This document shows positions 9,284-17,286 of a DNA stretch of 37,566 nucleotides, piece after piece. The stretch comes from Verrucomicrobiales bacterium. Lineage in GTDB: Bacteria; Verrucomicrobiota; Verrucomicrobiia; Verrucomicrobiales; V1-33. Made by a program: the position numbers and the translations under genes. The DNA lies in the NCBI GenBank assembly GCA_031411295.1, contig JANOAV010000129.1:1-37566 (forward strand). The letters run 5' to 3'. Each line of letters opens with the position of its first letter. The first letter of the stretch is position 1. The notes under the pieces were generated by a model. It was not told the origin of the DNA. It worked only from the letters and a program-made list of their open reading frames with translations, and ran no database searches.

Positions 9284-9802
9284 ATGAACGACTCCCAACC
9301 CGTAAAAAAAATCTCCATCATTGTTAGCAAAGGTTCCCTTGATGGCATCTATCCCGCTTTAATCATGGCCAACGGAGCCCGCATGGAAGGCATTGAGGCC
9401 TCCTTGTTCTTCACCTTCTTCGGCCTCAATGGACTGGTGAAGAAGACGATGGATTCCTGTAAAGTGGCCACCGTGGGAAATGCCGCCATGAACATGGCGA
9501 TGCCCATGCTGGGGCTGCCGATGACGCTTCCCTTCCCCACGTGGATGGGGGCCATTCCTGGCGTGAGCGCCTTCGCCACTGGGCTCATGAACAAGGAAAT
9601 GGAGAAGCTCGACATCCCGCCAATCCGCGAATTCCTCGAACTCATCTCCGATTCCGGCGGCAAAATTTTCGCCTGCAAGCTGGCCATGGACATGTTCAAA
9701 CTGAAACGTGAGGATCTCTTCGAACGCGTGGACGATGTTCTAACCGTAGGCCAGTTCTACGAAGAGTCCGCCGGAGCGGGCACGCATATTCTGTTTACCT
9801 GA
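9284..9802 (+). CDS. DsrE2-like (DsrE/DsrF/DrsH-like) sulfurtransferase family protein
   Basis: KKISIIVSKG, LFFTFFGL, KIFACKLAMDMF with the conserved Cys, HILFT. Confidence 0.88.
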   Translation: MNDSQPVKKISIIVSKGSLDGIYPALIMANGARMEGIEASLFFTFFGLNGLVKKTMDSCKVATVGNAAMNMAMPMLGLPMTLPFPTWMGAIPGVSAFATGLMNKEMEKLDIPPIREFLELISDSGGKIFACKLAMDMFKLKREDLFERVDDVLTVGQFYEESAGAGTHILFT

Positions 9803-9855
9803 ACGCCTCTGTTGCAGCACGCACGGAGGACCGACCGGACCGCCTTGGACTTGCT

Positions 9856-10359
9856 TCAGTCGGTCTCAGCAGCCCCTTGGCAGAAGAGAAATTTGCGGCC
9901 ACCGGCATGAATCACATCACCATCGCACAGGCTGGCTTGGCGAATGGGGTTGGTGTTCTCGTTGACGTAGGTTCCATTCGTGGAGTTGAGATCCTGCAGG
10001 AGATAGCCCTCCGCCGTGGCCAGGATGCGGAAGTGCTGACCACTGAGTTTGGTGCGCAGGTCCGCCACCGACCAGTCGGATTGAGCGCTGCGTCCGACGG
10101 TTAGTCCATGCTGGATGATTTTAAATTCCGGGCTGCCGACCGCTTCACCACTCGCGGGCAGGGCCAGCAGAAATGCCGTGGCGGGCGTGCTGGTAAGACC
10201 GGAGAGCGCACGCCGGCTTTCGGTGAGCCGATGGAAAAAGGCTGAACTCTCCACGGGGCGCTCAAAGACCGTAGCCGTGGTGCGGCTGAGCATGGCTTCC
10301 AGTTCTGGTTCACTGGGCCCAGCGGCGGGAGGGGGAGGAGCGGAACGACGGAGGCGCAT
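9856..10359 (-). CDS. FHA domain protein
   Basis: TVGRS, LSGQHF, LQDLNSTNGTYVN, GDVI. Start set at MRLRRS, 15 bp after the sigma stop. Confidence 0.85.
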   Translation of the reverse strand: MRLRRSAPPPPAAGPSEPELEAMLSRTTATVFERPVESSAFFHRLTESRRALSGLTSTPATAFLLALPASGEAVGSPEFKIIQHGLTVGRSAQSDWSVADLRTKLSGQHFRILATAEGYLLQDLNSTNGTYVNENTNPIRQASLCDGDVIHAGGRKFLFCQGAAETD

Positions 10360-10373
10360 AAGAGGTGTTTTCG

Positions 10374-11210
10374 TTAGCTTTCGCGAGGGTCTTTGCCGGA
10401 GGCCAGATCGGACACAATGCTGGCCAACTTGGCTTTGATGGCTTTCACCTCCTGATCGACGTGATTGGCACTCATTTGGTAATGCTGCATGATCATTTCC
10501 TTGGTTAGCGCTGAGACACCGTGGGGAGCACGGAGTTCGTGCAGCGCCCGCACTTCTTTCTGGTAGGCCTGCGGCAGCAAATGAAGCTTTTGCGGTAATA
10601 CGGCAAATACGTGGGGCTGCTTGAGGGCCAGGAAAATGACTAACTTCCGCGGATGACTGCGCTTGGTGCAATCCGGCAGCAACCGAATGGCTTCCTCCAG
10701 CAAGGCCATGGCATAGTTGTGCTGGCTCTTGGCTTCGAGCTTAAGATCTGGGGTGGGCTCCGGATCCACGAGCTGCAAGTGACGCTGAGCAGCCTTCGAT
10801 TCCCCATCGCCTGCCAATTCGGTGAAAGTAATGTCCCGCCGTTTCCGCTGATGTTTCCAAACCTTGCGCTTCACCACCATGAAGAGCCACTGCCTGAAAC
10901 CACCCAGCGGGGCTGCTCCACGGGGTTTCTTGCGATCAGCCTCTGGATTGGCAATGAACACGCGCTGCGTGGCATCATAGTTAAATTGATGACTAATCTT
11001 GCTGAAGTCGATCATTACTTCCTGCAGCACATCCGTGGCAGAACTTTCGTCCAGCCCCATACGCCGAGCTACGCCAAGGATGACCCCCTGGTAGATTTGG
11101 TAAAACTGGTGCCAGGCATCCGTTTGATTCGACGCCAATTGACTCAACAACGTAATGCTGGTCTGGAGATGGTCTGGTTCATTGCGGGATGGTAGTTGGT
11201 TGCCTTCCAT
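10374..11210 (-). CDS. ECF-type sigma-70 factor, divergent with insertions
   Basis: TSITLL...AWHQFYQIYQGVI...ARRMGL...DVLQEV...FNYD...FRQWL (sigma2); C-terminal HTH-like TKEMIMQHYQMSANHV. Confidence 0.85.
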   Translation of the reverse strand: MEGNQLPSRNEPDHLQTSITLLSQLASNQTDAWHQFYQIYQGVILGVARRMGLDESSATDVLQEVMIDFSKISHQFNYDATQRVFIANPEADRKKPRGAAPLGGFRQWLFMVVKRKVWKHQRKRRDITFTELAGDGESKAAQRHLQLVDPEPTPDLKLEAKSQHNYAMALLEEAIRLLPDCTKRSHPRKLVIFLALKQPHVFAVLPQKLHLLPQAYQKEVRALHELRAPHGVSALTKEMIMQHYQMSANHVDQEVKAIKAKLASIVSDLASGKDPRES

Positions 11211-11320
11211 GCTCTTATTTAGCCACAATGCCGCAAATGGGAAATGATTTTTAAGCCCCCTAGATTCGGCAGAGCGTTTCGAGGATGGCCGGGGCCGGAG
11301 GAAATGACATGTAGCATGCA

Positions 11321-14191
11321 TCATGGGGGAAGCTCGCAAACGATGCGGAAGCCTTCATCGCTATAGCGGGTGGTGTCGGCCCCGGGAAGCCGCAAGGTAA
11401 CCGTCAGCAACCCTTGACGCCAGCACTGCCAGGAGCCCCCCCGACAGAAGCGCTTGGGGTGTCCGTCGCCATCCAATTCATCATTGAAGCTGGGATTACT
11501 TTCCAAGATCTCCTTGGTATTTAGGTTATTTTTATACGGCTCCTCGCAAAACTCCCAGACGTTGCCACCCAGATCAAAGATGCCATATTTATTATCCAGA
11601 TAGCTCCCCACCACGGCGGTGCGGGCGGCTCCATCGTCCCCCGCGTAGGCGGTTTTCCATGGGTTCTTGGGGTTATCCGGCAGACTATCCTTAAACTCCT
11701 CTCCGACGAAATTCCCCACACTGGCGGTGGGTGGCCAATTCTGCCCCCAGGCATAAGGGCCCGGACCCACGGCCTGGGTCCATTCCTGATCGGTGGGAAG
11801 ACGATACTTCAACCCTTCCTGTTTGCTGAGCCAGGCACAGAAATCCTTGGCTTCTTTGTAGGAAACGCAGACAACGGGATGATCCGGCGTCTGGGCGAAG
11901 CCGGGCTGTTCCCAAGTGGCGCTAACTTGTTCCCAACTGACTTTATAACCTTCGGCCGCCGTGCCATTCACTTTCATCACGATGATGCCGCCCCGCTGAG
12001 TGTAAGGAGCGGCATCCGCGTAACGCTTGAAATCTTTGACTCGTGTCTCCGTGCGGCACATGAGAATTTTAGTGCCTGGGATCGGCACCAGTTCCTGACC
12101 AAGGGAATTAACAAAGGGTTCCTGCAACGAGGCTCGTTTGACCGTGGCGAGGTTTGGTCTGACTGGAGTGGTGGACGTGGGCAGGACGCAGACAATGCGG
12201 AATCCGAGGTGCGACGATTTCCTTTCCGCGGGTTCGTAATCACGAAAGGAGGAAGCGAGCGATTTTTGAAGATAGGAGAACCAAGACCCTCCACGCACGA
12301 TCTGGTTGGGGGTGCCATCTTCATTTTGCTCTGTCTTAAGATAGGGGTTAGTGGCTAAACTCTCCGGGGCATTGAGCGATGCCCGATAGACGTCCTGACA
12401 CCATTCCAAAACATTGCCAGACAGGTCGTAGAAGCCCCGTCGATTGGCAGGATACGTGGCCACCGCAGCGGTATAAATGGCTCCGTCATCCAGTTCATGT
12501 CCCAGTTTCCATCCCTTCCCAGGCAGGGTAGCGATAAATTCTGGCCCGCCATAATTAGCCATCGGTTTAGGCTCCGGCCAGACGCTGCCCCAAGGATAGC
12601 GGCCCACGCCAGCCGCATTGCTCCATTCCTCATCGGAGGGAAGTCGGTAGGTCAGTCCCTCTTCCTTGCCCAGCCAGGCACAAAACTCCTTGGCTTCCGC
12701 CAAGGAGACGCCCACCACGGGATGAGTCTCCGATTGCGTAAACCCGGGAGCCTCCCAGGAAGCCTTTGGATCAAGTTCAAACGTGGCGGTGTAACCATCC
12801 TTTTCCTTGTTCTTCACCTTGAGGACATGGATCCCGTCAAGCTGGTGATACTTGGTGGCAGTGGCGTATTTTCGAAAATCCTGCACCCGGGTCTCGGTGC
12901 GCGCCATGAGGACGTTGGAGCCAGGCACAGGGATCATTTCCAAGCCCAAGGAATTCACATAAGGTCGCGCCTGGGTGGCTAATTCGGGCTTTGGCGGGGC
13001 CGGCTTGACTGGAGTTGCCTTGGGTATTTCCTTCGGGACTTCTTTCGGTGGAACCACTGGCTCGGTGGTAGCAGGGAGGCTGGCAAGCGCGCCTGAGTTA
13101 TGCTCCTCTACCGCCGGGCTGGATTGCCAGAACACCAGGATGCCACCTCCGATGAGCAGAAAAATGGAAAGGAGCAGAGCAATGATGGCGCCCCGTTTTT
13201 TCGGCTGCGGGGGCAACGGTGGCGGGCCGGAAATGTTTGTCCGCGTGGCTGGACCAGGGCTAACGTTGCGGGTCCGAGCAGCACCGGAGCCAGGATAGTT
13301 AGTGGTCGTGGGCGCGCTGGGATTAGTCAATTCTTGGGCCCACGCATCGGCTGATTGCCAGCGGGCCGATGCTCTATTCTGCATCGCTTTGTCAATGCTG
13401 GCCAGAAACGCCGGGGAGAATCGTGGGAGCGACTGCGCACAGAGCGGAACCAAGGGATCTTGCTCAATCCGGTCGGCGGCATCCGGTGGTTGTTTCCCTG
13501 TGATGGCGCGATACAACACTGCCCCCAGTGAGTAAATGTCCGTCCACGGGCCTTGTCGGCTGCTGGTGGTGTATTGCTCAAAAGGCGCATACCCTGGCGT
13601 TAGGATGGCGGTCATGCTCTGCGTGCGCTCGCCCGTGCTCATGCGGGCGTTTCCAAAATCGATCAGGATCGGATGTTCCTCCCGATTCATCAAGATGTTC
13701 TGCGGCTTAAGGTCACGATGCAGATATCCGTTAGCGTGCACCTTGCTCAGCGCGCCAAGTAACTCGATGGCAATCAAGCGGAGTTTAGCTTCGGATACTG
13801 CTCCTCCATGGCGCGCCAACCATTGCTGGAAATCTCCCCCCTCGACGTAACCAGTCACGAGGTAAGCCGTAGCATTTTCCTGCAGGATCTCATATACGGG
13901 CAGGATGCTGGGGTGGTGCAGCGAGGCCAGCGTTCGCCCCTCCTCGAGGAAACGCTGCCGTGCCCACTCCAGATTCGTTTGATCAGAAAAACTCTTGGCC
14001 ACCACGGTCTTGGTCCCGGCTTCCCGCACCGCAAAATCCATCGGCAACAATTCCTTAATGGCGATCAGGCGATGCAGTTTCAGATCCTTCGCCAAATACG
14101 TCAGCCCAAATCCACCATGCCCCAGCAGGGATTGGATTTGATAGTGACCCAGGTAGGTTCCTGGTGGCAGGGCATACTGATGGTCAGGCAT
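11321..14191 (-). CDS. Ser/Thr protein kinase (K5) + TM + two FGE-sulfatase (SUMF1)-like domains
   Basis: GHGGFG, AIKE, HRDLKPQN, DFG, YAPFEQY; TM AIIALLLSIFLLIGGGILVFW; two copies of HPVV.VS..EA..FCAWL...YRLP...EW...GNV.E...RGGSW...GFRIV. Confidence 0.93.
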   Translation of the reverse strand: MPDHQYALPPGTYLGHYQIQSLLGHGGFGLTYLAKDLKLHRLIAIKELLPMDFAVREAGTKTVVAKSFSDQTNLEWARQRFLEEGRTLASLHHPSILPVYEILQENATAYLVTGYVEGGDFQQWLARHGGAVSEAKLRLIAIELLGALSKVHANGYLHRDLKPQNILMNREEHPILIDFGNARMSTGERTQSMTAILTPGYAPFEQYTTSSRQGPWTDIYSLGAVLYRAITGKQPPDAADRIEQDPLVPLCAQSLPRFSPAFLASIDKAMQNRASARWQSADAWAQELTNPSAPTTTNYPGSGAARTRNVSPGPATRTNISGPPPLPPQPKKRGAIIALLLSIFLLIGGGILVFWQSSPAVEEHNSGALASLPATTEPVVPPKEVPKEIPKATPVKPAPPKPELATQARPYVNSLGLEMIPVPGSNVLMARTETRVQDFRKYATATKYHQLDGIHVLKVKNKEKDGYTATFELDPKASWEAPGFTQSETHPVVGVSLAEAKEFCAWLGKEEGLTYRLPSDEEWSNAAGVGRYPWGSVWPEPKPMANYGGPEFIATLPGKGWKLGHELDDGAIYTAAVATYPANRRGFYDLSGNVLEWCQDVYRASLNAPESLATNPYLKTEQNEDGTPNQIVRGGSWFSYLQKSLASSFRDYEPAERKSSHLGFRIVCVLPTSTTPVRPNLATVKRASLQEPFVNSLGQELVPIPGTKILMCRTETRVKDFKRYADAAPYTQRGGIIVMKVNGTAAEGYKVSWEQVSATWEQPGFAQTPDHPVVCVSYKEAKDFCAWLSKQEGLKYRLPTDQEWTQAVGPGPYAWGQNWPPTASVGNFVGEEFKDSLPDNPKNPWKTAYAGDDGAARTAVVGSYLDNKYGIFDLGGNVWEFCEEPYKNNLNTKEILESNPSFNDELDGDGHPKRFCRGGSWQCWRQGLLTVTLRLPGADTTRYSDEGFRIVCELPP

Positions 14192-14205
14192 GGCAGAGAA
14201 AGTGG

Positions 14206-15114
14206 CTAGGATTGATCGCGTGGCGTAGTAACCGTTTCGCGAATGAGGCGAATATTCTTGGCGATACTGACAAAGACCGTGGCGGCCTCCGCCAACCAAT
14301 AGAAAATACCCAGCATGAAGAACGCCGTTAACACCGAACTAATCAGGAAGATAACACTGGCAACAAAAGAACTGTCCGCCGAGCGGGCAAAGACCATGCC
14401 GAAAGCTTGCACGAACCCCGTGAGTGGCGCCTCGCTGATCACTGCCCGCGCCAGATAGTTCTCCCCGGCAAGGAGCATAAACAAGCTGCCGCCAACGCCA
14501 ACTGACACCAGGATGGCCGCATAGACTTCTCCTAGCATCCTGAGAAAAATCCCCAGAATCGGCAACATGGTAAACTCTGAGGGAACGAGGTGCGCAATTT
14601 CCCGGGCCCGAATCAGCATGATGTGAACCACCATATAGACCCCAATGGGAAAGAGTAATTGGAAGAGAATTCCTCCCAACACGCCGAAACCACTAAGATC
14701 TCCCAAGATGCGCCAAGTTTGCACCCACGCCATCAAACTGCCCAAGGCGTAGAGCCCCGCCGCAATGCGAATTCCCAGGGCCGCCAATCGATTGAAAAGG
14801 CGCCCGCTCGACAGATGCGCCAGGACCGGACGCATGAAGAGCAATTTGGCAGCCGCTGCGGAGTTAATCTGAATGGCGGGCGGGACGGCGGCTCGCACCC
14901 GCTCCGACGGCGTGCCCGCGCTCTGCGGGATTTCCGTAGCGGGACGTCCGCTGAGGAGCGGAGCCAACGGAGATTGGTCCAGCGGCTGCCATTGGACCAT
15001 CCCAGGCCCCCAGACCCGGGACTGTCCATTAATGGTGCCATTCTGAATCAGATCCTTCATGGCGGCCTCATCCACTGGACCCAAGGTGTCACGTTTGATA
15101 GCATAATACCACAT
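14206..15114 (-). CDS. GYF_2 (DUF4339)-domain membrane protein
   Basis: MWYY....TLGPV....L...G.I....VW..GM..WQP N-terminus, followed by about 4 hydrophobic segments. Confidence 0.85.
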   Translation of the reverse strand: MWYYAIKRDTLGPVDEAAMKDLIQNGTINGQSRVWGPGMVQWQPLDQSPLAPLLSGRPATEIPQSAGTPSERVRAAVPPAIQINSAAAAKLLFMRPVLAHLSSGRLFNRLAALGIRIAAGLYALGSLMAWVQTWRILGDLSGFGVLGGILFQLLFPIGVYMVVHIMLIRAREIAHLVPSEFTMLPILGIFLRMLGEVYAAILVSVGVGGSLFMLLAGENYLARAVISEAPLTGFVQAFGMVFARSADSSFVASVIFLISSVLTAFFMLGIFYWLAEAATVFVSIAKNIRLIRETVTTPRDQS

Positions 15115-15145
15115 AAGAAAAGTTGTTTGGTTGAATTAAAGAAAA

Positions 15146-15583
15146 TTAGAAAAGGTGATATCGGCTCTGGATGATGGAATACAAATAGAGCCCGAAGAAA
15201 CCCAGCATGATCAGAATGCAGAGCACGCCAATCAGTCGCCAGAAGCGATGCTGCCGCACCCAGGCCTGCTCCAAATCCGTCATGACGCCAGTGCGGTATG
15301 CCCTGGCCAGCGCGCTGGAGTAGCCCAAAAGCATTCCCGCTGGCAGCAGGAGTAACACCAGCAGCACTCCGCCCATAAAAGTCAGGGGGCCATACGCGAT
15401 GGAGGTCCGATCCTTCATCGCAATGAACACCGCCGCCATGATGAGCAGATAAATCGTCACCAGCAGAATACTACTCCAAAGTGTTCCCCGCCGCATTTTG
15501 CGCAGGTAACTCCTCACCACCTTCGGCACCATGGCGGGCGGATGGATGACTTCAGCGGTAGGATAGGAAAAGTTTTCAGACAT
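15146..15583 (-). CDS. DUF5362-like three-TM membrane protein
   Basis: Three hydrophobic segments and PAGMLLGYSSAL......LEQAW..QHRFWRLIGVL. Confidence 0.65.
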   Translation of the reverse strand: MSENFSYPTAEVIHPPAMVPKVVRSYLRKMRRGTLWSSILLVTIYLLIMAAVFIAMKDRTSIAYGPLTFMGGVLLVLLLLPAGMLLGYSSALARAYRTGVMTDLEQAWVRQHRFWRLIGVLCILIMLGFFGLYLYSIIQSRYHLF

Positions 15584-15590
15584 GGCGGAT

Positions 15591-17165
15591 TTAGGACAGG
15601 AGAGAAATAGAGGTGGTGATGAGCAGGATTAGCGCCACCAGCAGCAGCACGGCCGTGGTCAAATCCCAGAGCCTGCGATGATGCGCCAAGTGCAGGATTA
15701 GGGCGTCCTCCGCATCTGTTAACAGCACGCTTTGGATCGAGCCAAAGAGCTTGATCAGCCGCACTCCTCCAGTTAGGGTGGCCGCACCCAGGCCGAGGAA
15801 CAATGCAAGCATGGCGCAGTCGCGAAACGTTAGGGAGTTCCATTCCAGAATCAACTGCGTGAGCCCGGTCAACATAAACATCAGGCTGAGCAGGATCAGC
15901 ACCACCGCCACAAACATATACCATCCTCCGGGGCGGCGGATCGCTGGATGCAGCGCGGAAGTTGCAAACTCAGCGTCAGCCCAGGGAGATTCGGCGGAGT
16001 CCAAGGCAATCGCTTCTGGCGGCGGCGGCAGCGTTGCTAGCAACTCATCCCCCTGGCTCGGAGGGGCTGGCTTTGGGGCGGATGCCACTGGCGGGGCAGC
16101 CGGACGACGCTGCCCCCATTTTGCCGCCCGGCTGCGAAAGTTAGTTACCACCGCCAAGGAGCGCGCGGCCACAAACTGCCGTGCGGCGTGCAGGGCTTCG
16201 CCCAATTTCTCGGTATCCACCACGGGACCAGCCGATCTGTCGTCGGGCAATGGAGGCGGCTCCGGCAGCGGTGGTGGCAACTGTGGGTTTACCCGATGGA
16301 GATCATCCAGCCACGCTTCGGCCGTCTGCCAACGGGCTTCGCGCTTGAACGCCATGGCGCGATCAATCCCCGCCAAAAAGTGTGCCGAGTATCCTGCGGG
16401 CCGCAGCACACCCAGCGGCACCAGCGGGTCGTCATCCAAGCGAGTGGCAGAATCGCATGGTTTGGAGCCTGAAATCAGATGATAGAGCACCGCTCCCAAC
16501 GCATACAAATCCGTGTAGGGCCCCTGGCGACTTTGCGTGGAGTATTGTTCAATGGGCGAATATCCCACCGTGACGATGGCCGTGACGTTGCGCGTCTTTT
16601 CCTGCGAGGCTCCGCGAGCATTGCCAAAATCAATCAACACCGGCTGCACGCCCTCAGTTTCCATCAGGATGTTATGCGGTTTGATATCCCGATGCAACAG
16701 TCCCCGCGCGTGCACTTTCGACAACGATCGCAGCAGGGAATCGAGCATGACCCGCAGGGTGTTTTCCTGATCCAATTGGGAGTTCGCCCGCCACCAATCC
16801 AATAAATTTCCGCCCTCAACAAAGCCCGTCACCAGATAAGCCGTGCGATGTTGCTCGAAGATGTCGTAGATCTTCAGAATGCCGGGATCGTTCAGCGAGG
16901 CCAGATTGCGGCCTTCCTCCATGAATCGCTGCTGAGACCAGAGCAGGTTCTCCTTATCGTCCTGAGATTTGGCCACCACCGTAGATTGCCCCTGCTGCCG
17001 CATCGCAAAATCAATCGGCAGGAGTTCCTTAATCGCCACGGACCGATGCAGCTTCGTATCATCCGCCAGATACGTTAGTCCAAATCCACCATGGCCCAAG
17101 AGACGTTGAATGCGGTAACAGGCAAGCAACGTTCCAGCGGGCAGGGCATATTGGTGATCGGTCAT
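15591..17165 (-). CDS. Ser/Thr protein kinase (K4) + Pro-rich linker + three-TM DUF5362-like domain
   Basis: GHGGFG, VAIKE, HRDIKPHN, DFG, YSPIEQY, TDLYALG; three C-terminal hydrophobic helices. Confidence 0.92.
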   Translation of the reverse strand: MTDHQYALPAGTLLACYRIQRLLGHGGFGLTYLADDTKLHRSVAIKELLPIDFAMRQQGQSTVVAKSQDDKENLLWSQQRFMEEGRNLASLNDPGILKIYDIFEQHRTAYLVTGFVEGGNLLDWWRANSQLDQENTLRVMLDSLLRSLSKVHARGLLHRDIKPHNILMETEGVQPVLIDFGNARGASQEKTRNVTAIVTVGYSPIEQYSTQSRQGPYTDLYALGAVLYHLISGSKPCDSATRLDDDPLVPLGVLRPAGYSAHFLAGIDRAMAFKREARWQTAEAWLDDLHRVNPQLPPPLPEPPPLPDDRSAGPVVDTEKLGEALHAARQFVAARSLAVVTNFRSRAAKWGQRRPAAPPVASAPKPAPPSQGDELLATLPPPPEAIALDSAESPWADAEFATSALHPAIRRPGGWYMFVAVVLILLSLMFMLTGLTQLILEWNSLTFRDCAMLALFLGLGAATLTGGVRLIKLFGSIQSVLLTDAEDALILHLAHHRRLWDLTTAVLLLVALILLITTSISLLS

Positions 17166-17286
17166 GATTTAGTTAGTAAGGGCGAGTGAATTTGCAGTTT
17201 CTACTTACTTCCTGTCCCCTGGGTGCCGCCTGCTGAAAGTAGATGCTGCGTTTTCTCAAACTTTGTTGCAGCCAGTTGACTGCGTG

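Noticed and set aside
8952..9802. Dissimilatory sulfite reduction/oxidation (Dsr) pathway
   Set aside because: The DsrC-like protein lacks the second Cys, and no dsrAB or dsrMKJOP is in the window.
10360..10671. N-terminal extension of the FHA ORF (271 aa in the track)
   Set aside because: It overlaps the sigma gene in another frame; the ATG at 10359 fits the operon spacing.
11321..12330. FGE/C-type-lectin C-termini as diversity-generating retroelement targets
   Set aside because: No reverse transcriptase or adenine-variant template repeat is visible in the window. A remote DGR cannot be excluded without the genome.
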